The notes under the pieces are model-generated. The model searched no databases. It was not told the origin of the DNA and saw only the letters and a program-made list of their open reading frames with translations. The translations under genes and the position numbers were made by a program. Source: an uncultured Clostridia bacterium (lineage in GTDB: Bacteria; Bacillota; Clostridia; Oscillospirales; UBA644). Taken from it: a stretch of DNA of 64,000 nt. Below are positions 1 to 7,931 of the stretch, in pieces (positions within the stretch are counted from its first letter, which is position 1; every line of letters begins with the position of its first letter). Where the stretch lies: positions 4,910-68,909 of the forward strand of contig CAOJUB010000002.1 of assembly GCA_948443805.1 (NCBI GenBank), given 5' to 3'.

Positions 1-1251
1 AGCGTGGGCGGTTGTGGCAGAACCAGAGAAAAAGTCAAGAATGATGTCGTTGTCAGAACAACCCATTTCCAAAACTTTTTCTATCAAATCTATTGGCTTC
101 GGAAAGTCAAATACTTTTAATTCATCAAAGATCGTTTTAATGAGTTTTGACCCGTCGGCTGTAGAACCAACATTTTCAAGCATTGTTCTATATGGTTTAA
201 GTCGAGGTTCAGTAGTTCTAATTTTTTCATAGACGATATATGTTCCATCATTTCTTGGTGAAAACTCAACATCGCCGTTTTTTACAGCGGCTAACATATT
301 CTCTTTACCCCAACGCCAGCGTCCTTCTATTCCGTCGTTTCTTATTGGATATACATCTTCACCATTTGGACCCGGTATAGGAAAAAACATAGTAGGTCTA
401 TCTTCGCGGCGCGAGTTAGAACCCCATTTGTTTAATTCTCGTCCACGACGATACTTGCCTTGTTCATCTTCACGGTCTAATGGTTCAGCTTCAATCAAAA
501 TTCGATTAAAAAAGCCACCTGAAACAACGGATTTTCCATAGCATATAATATATTCTTGGTCGCGTACAACAGTGTTGTTATCACTGCCGCCACCTTTTTT
601 TGACTGCCATGTAAACATACCTATAAAGTTTTCCTCCCCAAACACCTCATCACAAACCTTGCGTAGATTCGTAACCTCATTATCATCAATACTAATAAAA
701 ATCACGCCGTCATCCCGCAACAGGTTCGCCGCCAAACGCAGGCGGGGATACATCATATTCAGCCAGTTTGTATGATAGCGTCCCATCGTTTCGGGGTTGC
801 TCTTTGTAGTCTGCTGGGTGACTTCCTTATACCGCGCCATAGGATCGGCAAAATCGTCCTCATACACAAAATCGTTGCCGGTGTTGTAGGGAGGATCAAT
901 GTAGATCATCTTCACCTTGCGGTAGTAGGCGGTTTGCAGGAGCTTGAGGACTTCCAGATTGTCGCCTTCTATGTAGAGATTCTGCGTTGTGCCAAAATTG
1001 ACGCTTTCCTCCGGGCAAGGACGCAGCGTACCGGTGGAACGCTTTTGCGCCAATTTCAGGCATTCCGCTTTGCCTTTCCACTCAAACTTGTATTTTTCAA
1101 AATCGTTATCGATGTACTCACCACAGAGTGACAGAAGCTTGTCTATATCCAGTTTGCCCTCTGCAAAGCATTCGGGGAATATTGCTTTCAGCTTGTCCAT
1201 GTTGGTTTGCTCTATATTCATCGAGAGTCCGTCTAATATGTTATTTTCCAT
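1..1251 (-). CDS. Type III R-M Mod-like N6-adenine DNA methyltransferase, 5' portion only (417 codons; ORF open to the window edge, so absent from the ORF track)
   Basis: Own minus-strand translation from the ATG at 1251: MENNILDGLSMNIEQTNMDKLKAIFPECFAEGKLDIDKLL... Catalytic motif IDPPYNTGNDFVYEDDF (rc ~850-905); RELNKWGSNSRREDRPTMFFPIPGPNG (rc 361-480); AdoMet motif DIILDFFSGSATTAHA at rc 1-48. No in-frame stop down to position 1. Confidence 0.85.
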   Translation of the reverse strand, partial: MENNILDGLSMNIEQTNMDKLKAIFPECFAEGKLDIDKLLSLCGEYIDNDFEKYKFEWKGKAECLKLAQKRSTGTLRPCPEESVNFGTTQNLYIEGDNLEVLKLLQTAYYRKVKMIYIDPPYNTGNDFVYEDDFADPMARYKEVTQQTTKSNPETMGRYHTNWLNMMYPRLRLAANLLRDDGVIFISIDDNEVTNLRKVCDEVFGEENFIGMFTWQSKKGGGSDNNTVVRDQEYIICYGKSVVSGGFFNRILIEAEPLDREDEQGKYRRGRELNKWGSNSRREDRPTMFFPIPGPNGEDVYPIRNDGIEGRWRWGKENMLAAVKNGDVEFSPRNDGTYIVYEKIRTTEPRLKPYRTMLENVGSTADGSKLIKTIFDELKVFDFPKPIDLIEKVLEMGCSDNDIILDFFSGSATTAHA

Positions 1252-1256
1252 TGTTT

Positions 1257-1532
1257 TTATTCTCCTCTTACCCAATGTGTATTTGACAAACCCACACTGT
1301 ACTCTTTTAGATTCAGTAGAATTTCTCCGCGTTTAAGTTTTTCAAATGTTTCTTTTATTGATTCTATTTCATAATGATAATTGTCGCTATATTCAAACTC
1401 TTTATAATCATCTTTGAAAGTCGGATTTTTAGATAATACTCTGCCGACTACAGTTCCCGATTGATCAAACAACACATTTTCTCGACTCAACTTAGCTTTC
1501 GTATTAAGTGTAAACACAAACATATCATTCAC
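1257..1532 (-). CDS. Hypothetical 91-aa protein, translationally coupled between the SH3b protein and Mod
   Basis: ORF track. There is a 5-nt gap to the Mod start and a 6-nt gap from the upstream stop. No motif recognised. Confidence 0.5.
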   Translation of the reverse strand: MNDMFVFTLNTKAKLSRENVLFDQSGTVVGRVLSKNPTFKDDYKEFEYSDNYHYEIESIKETFEKLKRGEILLNLKEYSVGLSNTHWVRGE

Positions 1533-1538
1533 GGCTCA

Positions 1539-2396
1539 TCAACCTCTTTCCACACTGATTTTGGATACCCATCCTGTATATTCCTCACCCGATTCGTTGG
1601 TATATTTTACTTCTAACCAACGTGGTATCTCGGATACAACTTTCAATTCTGTATCGTACGAAAGAGTGCATATTATATTTGCTTTTGAATTTGCAGCTTC
1701 TCTCAAATAGGCATGTTCTTTTATAATCCAACAACATTCCGTTTCATTAAAGAACAATGCTTTTGTCTGAGCGACCATGTCTGTATAAAACTCGCAAGTT
1801 TCCGGGATTTGTGGGATAACCATAATCAGATTTAATATAAGCAATACCAACCAAAACTTTTTCTTTACATCCTCAAATTTGTCATACAACGATCTTGGCT
1901 TTTGTTTAAGCTCCTCAATTTGCAATTCAAATTCTTGAGCCACTTCTTCTTTACTAAGAACAATTTCGCCATACTTTACAGACATATCGGAAAGTATTTC
2001 TACTTCTGAGAAATCTATAGCATTAAATGCCAGCGATGACAAGGTGTTTGTGGATATTGAGTGAATTACTTCGCCAATTTGGTATTGACATTGTTCAAGC
2101 ATTCTTTGCAGTGAATCCGTAAAAAAATATGGAGAATATAATTCAGATAATTGCTGAGCTACAGAAGTTAATGGCTCAAATTCAATTTTAGGTATTTTCA
2201 ATGCAAAATCAGACATTGTCCGCATAATTGGTTGTAATGTATTTGCAATAGAAATAGAATTGGCAGCGATAGAATATTGAGATAATGCAGTGCTAATCGT
2301 ATCCAAAATAGGAGGGTGGCAGCACTGCTCAATTCTATCATATATTCGTTGCTGCCTCTCCAAAGCTTCTTCAAAAGGTGACTTTTTATCAAGCAT
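1539..2396 (-). CDS. Hypothetical 285-aa protein with one TM helix and a C-terminal bacterial SH3-like domain
   Basis: Hydrophobic segment FWLVLLILNLIMVIPQI. The C-terminus ...AYLREAANSKANIICTLSYDTELKVVSEIPRWLEVKYTNESGEEYTGWVSKISVE fits the SH3b pattern (W..V.y..G..GWV). Its start lies 1 nt after the SNF2 stop. Confidence 0.6.
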   Translation of the reverse strand: MLDKKSPFEEALERQQRIYDRIEQCCHPPILDTISTALSQYSIAANSISIANTLQPIMRTMSDFALKIPKIEFEPLTSVAQQLSELYSPYFFTDSLQRMLEQCQYQIGEVIHSISTNTLSSLAFNAIDFSEVEILSDMSVKYGEIVLSKEEVAQEFELQIEELKQKPRSLYDKFEDVKKKFWLVLLILNLIMVIPQIPETCEFYTDMVAQTKALFFNETECCWIIKEHAYLREAANSKANIICTLSYDTELKVVSEIPRWLEVKYTNESGEEYTGWVSKISVERG

Positions 2397-2397
2397 A

Positions 2398-5067
2398 TTA
2401 TATATTTTTTTCCTCCACTTTCAATACAAATTCTCTTGTGACCCTTGCGGTCAGCTTTTCTTTTTCGGTAAATTCTTTGATTTGTTCCTCTAATTCCAAA
2501 TCCAGTCGCATGGCGTCAAAAAACTGACTTTCCTGTTTCTTCATATATTCCTGCCGGAGGAGATTGATTTTTTTATCCAACGCAAGCAGCTTTAAGCGGT
2601 CATTTGTAATCGATTCCCGTTCGACTTCTGTCGCTTTTATCTGTCTGTCAAGCGCATCCAAATCATGGGTGAGAGCGGTTTTCTTTACTTTTGCCTTTAG
2701 TTTCATTTGATCGATTTCTTCCGCCTGTGATTGAGAGTATTTCTCCGATTGCCGGGCGATTAAAGCATCGACGTCAACATGACGGTCAAGCTTATGGGTT
2801 TTGCTGCCGTTTTTGAGCCAGTGGGGACTTTTATATCCTTCCTCGGTGTAGGCTTCCACAGAAAGATTCAAAATAGCTTGACATTCTTCCTCCGATAGAA
2901 TTCTATCGGACTGTGTTTTGCCAACCAACATGGGGATTTCAGTTGATATGCTGTTTGCGGAAGAGGAAAGACTGATACTATACAAACCGATTTCACACGG
3001 CTCATAAGCTTCACTCTTTACGCGCAAAGTTCCATTGTCCGCACATGTAAGTGCATGGATAATTCCTCTCCCGATAATACTTGTCAGTGTGATCCTGCTG
3101 TGACGCGGTTTGAAATCCTTTGCCATTCCGTAGGATTTCAGGCTTTGATACGGTTTATTGCGGCTGCCTGTCCAATAATAGAACAATTTCGGCAGTTCTT
3201 TGTAATTGGTGGCAGTAACGGTTTTTTCATCATCGTCGATTATATAGGTACAATCGTTGTGCGTCTCATTATATTGCTCAAAAAAGAATTTTACGATATT
3301 CCACAGTGCGACATTGATTTCCTCTGCCTTTTCACTGATATAATGAGGCGATATTGTAATTTTATCTGCAAGTTCCTTTGTGAATGTAGTAAACAGTACA
3401 TCCTCAGCAGAAGAAACAAGTTGCCTGTTTTTGGCTTCATTCTGTATCAGTGCCTGTTGATAATCGGTTTCCACCTGTGCTTTCGTGCGGATACGCTGCG
3501 ACACTGATTCAAACGCTGTATCCAAATTCTCGGTAAATCCGCCGATCACTTCATCGGTAATACCGAACACACCGTCAGCTACAAGCATTCGTTTATTAAC
3601 AAGCTCTAATTTACGCACATCGGCAAAATTGTTCTTATCAATAAACGCTAAGGAAATGACATCGTTTTCCTGCCCTAATCGGTGGCATCGGTCGATGCGC
3701 TGTTCCATTTTCAAGGTGTTATAAAGCAAATCGTAATGGATAACAAAGGCGGCGTCCTCTAAATTAAATCCTTTCGCGCCATTATCGGTAGAGAGAAGGA
3801 TTTCACCATCCGTCTTGAACTTCTGAATCGTGCTGTAATCCGTGCTGCCATTGTAAATACAGGTTTTATATTTTGGGGATAACAAGGCAGAAAGCATTTT
3901 CTGCGTTTCAACGCTTTCGGTAAAAATGACTACTTTCTTCCTTGCGCCGGATTTTTTCATCAGTGCAAATCCGTTTTTCAGCGCAATAAGCAATTGTTTT
4001 GCTTTTGTGTCCTTTGTAATACTTTCAACAACGGCCAGCATCCGCTGCCATTCGGATAGCTCGTCCTGTGCATCCGGCATCGTTTCCAGCCGTCTAACAA
4101 TGCCTTTGATCGTCTGCAAAATCGCGGCGGTTGAAGAGCTTTGCAAGCTTAAAAGCCGCAGCGCAAGGTCGTATTGATCCATTTCCGGAAAGGCAATTTT
4201 ATTCGGTTTATTTATGTAGGCATAGAGCAGGTCATACAGTTCTCGCTCTTTCGGAGACGCTGTATATTCATTTGTGATTAGAATCCGATTCGGTACTTTA
4301 GCATAATCCTTTGCCTGTGAACGAAGCGTGCGGAAGCAATATTTACTTACTCTTTCGGCAAGTTCGATATAATTCCCCGGTTTTCGCAAATAGCGCGACA
4401 GAAATTCCTGCTCATCGGGCAAAACGGTTTCATCGACAAACCAAATAAGCCCGTACAGATCCATGATATTCTTTTCTATCGGCGTCCCGGTTATCAGCAG
4501 TTTGAAAGAATCATCAGAAATGCGTTTTAATGCTTTTGCCTGTTTGCTATCTTCACGGTAAACAGAGGATAACGCGTTTGCTTCTTCAAATATTGTCAAA
4601 TCCCAGTGAACGTCTTTTGCTGCCGACTCATTATCTGTGACAAAATCATAAGTGGAAATTACGATAGCGTCCTGTAAAAAAGCATTCGTATAATCGTCGG
4701 AGATGTTGGCATTCCAATCTTCACGGTTCGTCAGAACAATATAAGGAATTGTATAATAGCGATCAATCATCTCCGTCCACTGCATGAGCAAATCGGCGTT
4801 GGGAGTGACAAGTAAAATACGACTGTGGCTTTCCACCCATTTTTGTGTGATGACAAGCATCGCCTCATGGCTTTTTCCCATTCCGGCTTCATCACAAAGT
4901 ATGACGCCTTTTTGATAGGGTGAACGCAAAGCAAAATTTGCTGCCGCAATTTGGAACGGATAAATTTTAATGTCGGAAGAAGCAAACGCAGGAACAAACC
5001 CATCCTCGCCGGACAGGCTATCCAGTATTCTTGCTGTGTAATAAGCATGAAACGGCGTTTGCTGCAT
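2398..5067 (-). CDS. SNF2-family (SF2) helicase with a long C-terminal extension and coiled coil
   Basis: Motif I LCDEAGMGKSHEAM, motif II WDLTIFEEANAL, motif VI QRIDRCHRLGQ. The track start at 5091 is a TTG; the ATG at 5067 (MQQTPFHAYY) is preceded by GGAAGGAAG. Confidence 0.9.
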   Translation of the reverse strand: MQQTPFHAYYTARILDSLSGEDGFVPAFASSDIKIYPFQIAAANFALRSPYQKGVILCDEAGMGKSHEAMLVITQKWVESHSRILLVTPNADLLMQWTEMIDRYYTIPYIVLTNREDWNANISDDYTNAFLQDAIVISTYDFVTDNESAAKDVHWDLTIFEEANALSSVYREDSKQAKALKRISDDSFKLLITGTPIEKNIMDLYGLIWFVDETVLPDEQEFLSRYLRKPGNYIELAERVSKYCFRTLRSQAKDYAKVPNRILITNEYTASPKERELYDLLYAYINKPNKIAFPEMDQYDLALRLLSLQSSSTAAILQTIKGIVRRLETMPDAQDELSEWQRMLAVVESITKDTKAKQLLIALKNGFALMKKSGARKKVVIFTESVETQKMLSALLSPKYKTCIYNGSTDYSTIQKFKTDGEILLSTDNGAKGFNLEDAAFVIHYDLLYNTLKMEQRIDRCHRLGQENDVISLAFIDKNNFADVRKLELVNKRMLVADGVFGITDEVIGGFTENLDTAFESVSQRIRTKAQVETDYQQALIQNEAKNRQLVSSAEDVLFTTFTKELADKITISPHYISEKAEEINVALWNIVKFFFEQYNETHNDCTYIIDDDEKTVTATNYKELPKLFYYWTGSRNKPYQSLKSYGMAKDFKPRHSRITLTSIIGRGIIHALTCADNGTLRVKSEAYEPCEIGLYSISLSSSANSISTEIPMLVGKTQSDRILSEEECQAILNLSVEAYTEEGYKSPHWLKNGSKTHKLDRHVDVDALIARQSEKYSQSQAEEIDQMKLKAKVKKTALTHDLDALDRQIKATEVERESITNDRLKLLALDKKINLLRQEYMKKQESQFFDAMRLDLELEEQIKEFTEKEKLTARVTREFVLKVEEKNI

Positions 5068-5094
5068 TTTGTACTTCCTTCCATTTATCAAGAT

Positions 5095-5210
5095 TTATGT
5101 CTTGAAACCTTTATAGTAGTAGCTGTGGTCGATGCCTTCATTTAGACCTAATGACTATGAATATCATCGGTTAGAGCAGCTTTGAGAATATGTTTAATAG
5201 GACTGTTTGC
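5095..5210 (-). pseudogene. Decayed ghost of a fic gene 3' end
   Basis: The nucleotide sequence aligns by eye to the 3' end of the intact fic gene (5377-5525). Translation gives KHILKAALTDDIHSH* and, in another frame, GLNEGIDHSYYYKGFKT*, versus KHILKAALTNDIHSREVYMKGIDHSYYYEGYSTFKTEEL in the intact copy. Confidence 0.6.
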
Positions 5211-5414
5211 TCAAATCAACACTTCCCATTTGCCGTATCTCTTTCCACTTTCTCTGCGGATATAGTTCTTTTCCTGCAAAGATTTCATCAGTCGTTTTAC
5301 GGTGCTGAGGGATTTACATTGATGTTCCAAAGTGTCAAATTGACACTTTGGAATTAAAAAATGATACTTTGGGATTTTACAATTCCTCCGTCTTAAAGGT
5401 CGAATACCCCTCAT
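5211..5414 (-). pseudogene. Probable remnant ORF encoding only a C-terminal winged-helix segment
   Basis: The 67-aa ORF overlaps the fic 3' end. Only the tail SLSTVKRLMKSLQEKNYIRRESGKRYGKWEVLI looks like the wHTH that ends large Fic or AlbA_2-type proteins. The N-terminal part is Arg/Lys junk. Confidence 0.4.
5325..5353. repeat. Perfect 14-bp inverted repeat with a 1-nt centre (ttccaaagtgtcaa a ttgacactttggaa), plus a third half-site-like copy at 5361-5373
   Basis: Read directly from the sequence. It lies 24 nt downstream of the fic stop, and no T-run follows on either strand. Confidence 0.6.
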
Positions 5415-5982
5415 AGTAATAACTGTGGTCGATGCCTTTCATATAGACCTCACGGCTATGGATATCGTTTGTCAGAGCAGCCTTGAGGATATGTTTGATT
5501 TCGATATCCTTAATCGGACTACGCTCCATGGCAAGCAGGTAATCCTCTCTATCTACCTTGCTCCAGTCGACTATCTTACCGATCTCCTTCTTAAAGATGC
5601 AATCCAACCAAATGCGTGTACTTCTGCCGTTGCCTTCACGGAAAGGGTGAGCAATATTCATTTCAACATACTTTTCGATGATTTCATCAAAGTTGGACTG
5701 AGGCATTTTATCAATGTTTGCAAGTGCTGCTTCAAGATACATCAGCGGTGCAAAACGAAAGTTACCTTTTGAAATGTTTACAGTGCGTATCTCTCCGGCA
5801 AAAAAATAAATATCGTCAAACAGGTATTTATGAATCGCTTTCAATGATTCGAATTTGCCTGCTTCTAATTTATCGAGAATCCCGTTTCCAAAAAGTTCGA
5901 TTGCTTTCTTTTTACTGATTCTTTCTTCCGCTTCGGCAATTTCGGGCGAGCTGGTAATGCCTAATTTATTTTTAGGCGCCAT
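5377..5982 (-). CDS. fic: Fic-domain protein (AMP-transferase family), class III with a C-terminal auto-inhibitory helix
   Basis: Fic motif HPFREGNGRSTR and C-terminal S-x-x-x-E-G (SYYYEG). The start was chosen at MAPKNK (ATG 5980-5982), 1 nt after the HTH stop; the track start at 6033 overlaps the HTH gene. Confidence 0.9.
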   Translation of the reverse strand: MAPKNKLGITSSPEIAEAEERISKKKAIELFGNGILDKLEAGKFESLKAIHKYLFDDIYFFAGEIRTVNISKGNFRFAPLMYLEAALANIDKMPQSNFDEIIEKYVEMNIAHPFREGNGRSTRIWLDCIFKKEIGKIVDWSKVDREDYLLAMERSPIKDIEIKHILKAALTNDIHSREVYMKGIDHSYYYEGYSTFKTEEL

Positions 5983-5983
5983 A

Positions 5984-6205
5984 TTATTTATCCCCCTTTG
6001 TTTCGTCGGGAATAAGTTCCATGATATCGCCAATATCGCAGTTCAGGGCAGCGCAAATTTTTGTGAGGGTATCTACGGTCACATTTTCGCCCTTCGTCAT
6101 TTTTGTTATGGTATAATTACTGACATCGGCAACACGGCATAAATCTTTTTTCTTCATGTCGTGATCGATCAGTAGTTTCCAGAGTTTTTTATAACTAACA
6201 GCCAT
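5984..6205 (-). CDS. XRE/Cro-C1-type HTH protein (73 aa), putative antitoxin or regulator of fic
   Basis: MAVSYKKLWKLLIDHDMKKKDLCRVADVSNYTITKMTKGENVTVDTLTKICAALNCDIGDIMELI is a typical HTH_3 sequence. The RBS gaggtg precedes the ATG at 6205. The 195-aa track ORF is an upstream over-extension. Confidence 0.85.
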   Translation of the reverse strand: MAVSYKKLWKLLIDHDMKKKDLCRVADVSNYTITKMTKGENVTVDTLTKICAALNCDIGDIMELIPDETKGDK

Positions 6206-6246
6206 ATAGCACACCTCGAAAAACTGGAATATAGTTTTACAGATAT

Positions 6247-6275
6247 AGTATATCACAATTTTATACAAATTGCAA
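6247..6275 (-). promoter_or_regulatory. Sigma-70-like promoter for HTH-fic (TTGCAA-N17-TATACT)
   Basis: rc: ttgcaa tttgtataaaattgtga tatact, located about 40 nt upstream of the HTH start. Confidence 0.45.
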
Positions 6276-6448
6276 CAGCATAACAAAGCGATAACTTTAT
6301 TTTTGATTGATAACTCTCTAAACTTTAACGTAAAAACAACTTTCAAGCTAAAAATCGATACCTCGCACATGACTTTGTGTGTTCTTCGCCGTAACCGGGG
6401 CACCGATTTGCACGGCCAAAGCGGTATAATTATGGTAAAAAGTAGCCC

Positions 6449-6507
6449 TGTTCTATGAGAAATTCTAAGAATTGCTTTTAGAAATTTCTTAGAACTCGAG
6501 CAAAAGC
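6449..6507 (+). repeat. Copy A of an imperfect ~59-bp direct repeat (partner at 17964-18022)
   Basis: Collinear identical blocks gttctat / aaattctaa / tagaactcga at the same offsets in both copies. I counted about 38 of 59 identities without gaps. Confidence 0.5.
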
Positions 6508-6638
6508 ATAGATCCTTTGCGACATTGATTTTGACACGGTTTTCGAGATGTCCCAAAAAGCCTAAAAACACGGCGATTTTCAGGCTTCCTGTAACTTCCT
6601 TTATCTTCCGTCAGATTCAGTTAACTTCTGTTTTGCGT

Positions 6639-6700
6639 GAATGACTCGAAATCAGTTTGGGAGCAATCCCACGCGGGTTCGAATCCCGCCCTCTGCGCCA
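6639..6700 (+). tRNA. 3' fragment (~62 nt) of a class II tRNA-Ser(CGA)-like gene; the 5' half is missing (att-site-type remnant)
   Basis: Anticodon arm aatga-CTCGAAA-tcagt, variable-arm hairpin tggga-gcaa-tccca, T-arm gcggg-ttcgaat-cccgc, acceptor 3' strand cctctgc + g + cca. No complementary 5' acceptor strand (gcagagg) or D-arm is present upstream. Confidence 0.7.
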
Positions 6701-6729
6701 ACGCGGCTTATGTCCGCGCAAAAAATAAG

Positions 6730-6754
6730 CTGCAAGGAATTCCTTGCGGCTTTT
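6730..6754 (+). terminator. Hairpin (gcaagg-aatt-ccttgc) plus T-run directly downstream of the tRNA fragment
   Basis: A perfect 16-nt palindrome at 6732-6747 is followed by ggctttt. Confidence 0.55.
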
Positions 6755-6778
6755 CACATATGAAAGGACTGCCCATCT

Positions 6779-7273
6779 ATGGCATCAAGAAAACCGATTG
6801 TCCGGCAAACAGCATGGCTGTCTCTCATTCCGCAGATATTGTTTATAGGTGCTTTATACATAATTTATAGTTTCTTTATTGAGTCTAAACTTTTCTCCAT
6901 TTACCTTACATTGCTTACGTATTTGTTTCTTTCTATAACTTTAAGATCTTCCTTATCACGCTACCACAGAAAAGGGATGACTCTTGTTAAAAAAGAAAAA
7001 TATGAACAGGCAATAGAAGCATTTCAAAAAAGTTATTCGTTTTTTTCAAAATATACATGGATTGATCAGTACCGATTTATTACAATGCTTTCCTCCAGTA
7101 AAATTTCATATCGGGAAATGGCGCTCCTAAATATTGCTTTTTGCTATTCGCAAATTGATAACGGAAAAAATTCAAAAGATTATTACTTAAAAACGATTCA
7201 GTATTTTCCGAATAGTGAAGTCGCTAAAGCATCCTTAAAGATGATTCGATCTATTAAAAACCAAAACGAATAA
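6779..7273 (+). CDS. Hypothetical membrane protein (2 TM) with a TPR-like C-terminal half
   Basis: The ORF track shows hydrophobic stretches WLSLIPQILFIGALYIIYSFF and LFSIYLTLLTYLFLSI, then EKYEQAIEAFQKSYSFF...ALLNIAFCYSQIDN. Confidence 0.5.
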   Translation: MASRKPIVRQTAWLSLIPQILFIGALYIIYSFFIESKLFSIYLTLLTYLFLSITLRSSLSRYHRKGMTLVKKEKYEQAIEAFQKSYSFFSKYTWIDQYRFITMLSSSKISYREMALLNIAFCYSQIDNGKNSKDYYLKTIQYFPNSEVAKASLKMIRSIKNQNE

Positions 7274-7557
7274 TTCTCTCTCGTTCTCTAAACAAAATTC
7301 TGTAAATTTTAAAACATTTGGCAAAACAAAGAAAAAAGATGTATAAACGGTTTGAGCGGGCAAATGAATCTCCTCATTCACTTTCTCACGGACTTGTATT
7401 ACGATTGGTTGAACAAAGCCAAACAGGCACGGGACGAATATCTCGCAGGCCAAATGTCAGCGGAAGAGGCGCTTCGTATTATTACAGCAGAATAAAAAAA
7501 CAGGCAGCGGGCAAGGTCAACATCGAGTTGATTTTATTCGCTGCCTATCTTGATATT

Positions 7558-7834
7558 TTATTTATTATCCGTGTTCTGCACCACTTCGATAAGCAGCTGC
7601 ACTGCAAGTTTGAAGCCGGCGGTGAAAACCTGCAATTTTTTCATACCGTGCAGTTTGGATTCACCGTTTTTGAACTTTTCAAATATCTCTTTCTGCCGTT
7701 CGTTGAGTGTTGCTATCAAATCATCCTGATATCGGATGATATATCATAACATTTCACCGTATGAGCTCCCACGCTTAAAGCTGCATTCCTTCAGAATTTG
7801 TTGCCGTAATATAAATCTTCAAGTGTTGTCCTAT
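7558..7834 (-). pseudogene. Decayed small helical-protein gene of a type I associate with Firmicutes conjugative or mobile elements
   Basis: RBS aaggag + 9 nt + ATA (not ATG). There are three frame-broken pieces: HLKIYITATNSEGMQL*, ..SSYGEML*, and RYQDDLIATLNERQKEIFEKFKNGESKLHGMKKLQVFTAGFKLAVQLLIEVVQNTDNK*. The family resemblance is from memory only. Confidence 0.4.
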
Positions 7835-7931
7835 GTATTGTATCTCCTTTTGCAACACATAGATATAATACAAGATCTTTCACAGATCCAACTTTTTTCC
7901 GATATAAAATCAAAAGTACCGCGAATACGCT

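Noticed and set aside
14-1336. Plus-strand ORFs 14-232, 572-775, 772-1131 and 989-1336, and the minus-strand ORF 896-1081.
   Set aside because: All overlap the type III Mod coding frame (minus strand, frame of the ATG at 1251), which carries unambiguous MTase motifs.
1-5091. Labelling the SNF2 + Mod operon outright as class 1 DISARM, BREX or Zorya.
   Set aside because: The diagnostic partners (DrmA/DrmB-DUF1998/DrmC-PLD; PglZ/BrxC; ZorAB) are not in the window. The MTase also looks like a PF01555 type III Mod rather than what I recall for DrmMI. I kept it as an open hypothesis only.
5984-6571. 195-aa ORF in the track.
   Set aside because: Only the last 73 codons (from MAVSYKK, with an RBS) look like a protein (XRE HTH). 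The upstream 122 codons cross the predicted promoter and are junk-like.
7364-7495. 43-aa plus-strand ORF MNLLIHFLTDLYYDWLNKAKQARDEYLAGQMSAEEALRIITAE.
   Set aside because: The sequence is protein-like, but it is below the track threshold, has a weak RBS and has no recognisable family. It may be another gene fragment, and there is not enough evidence to call it.
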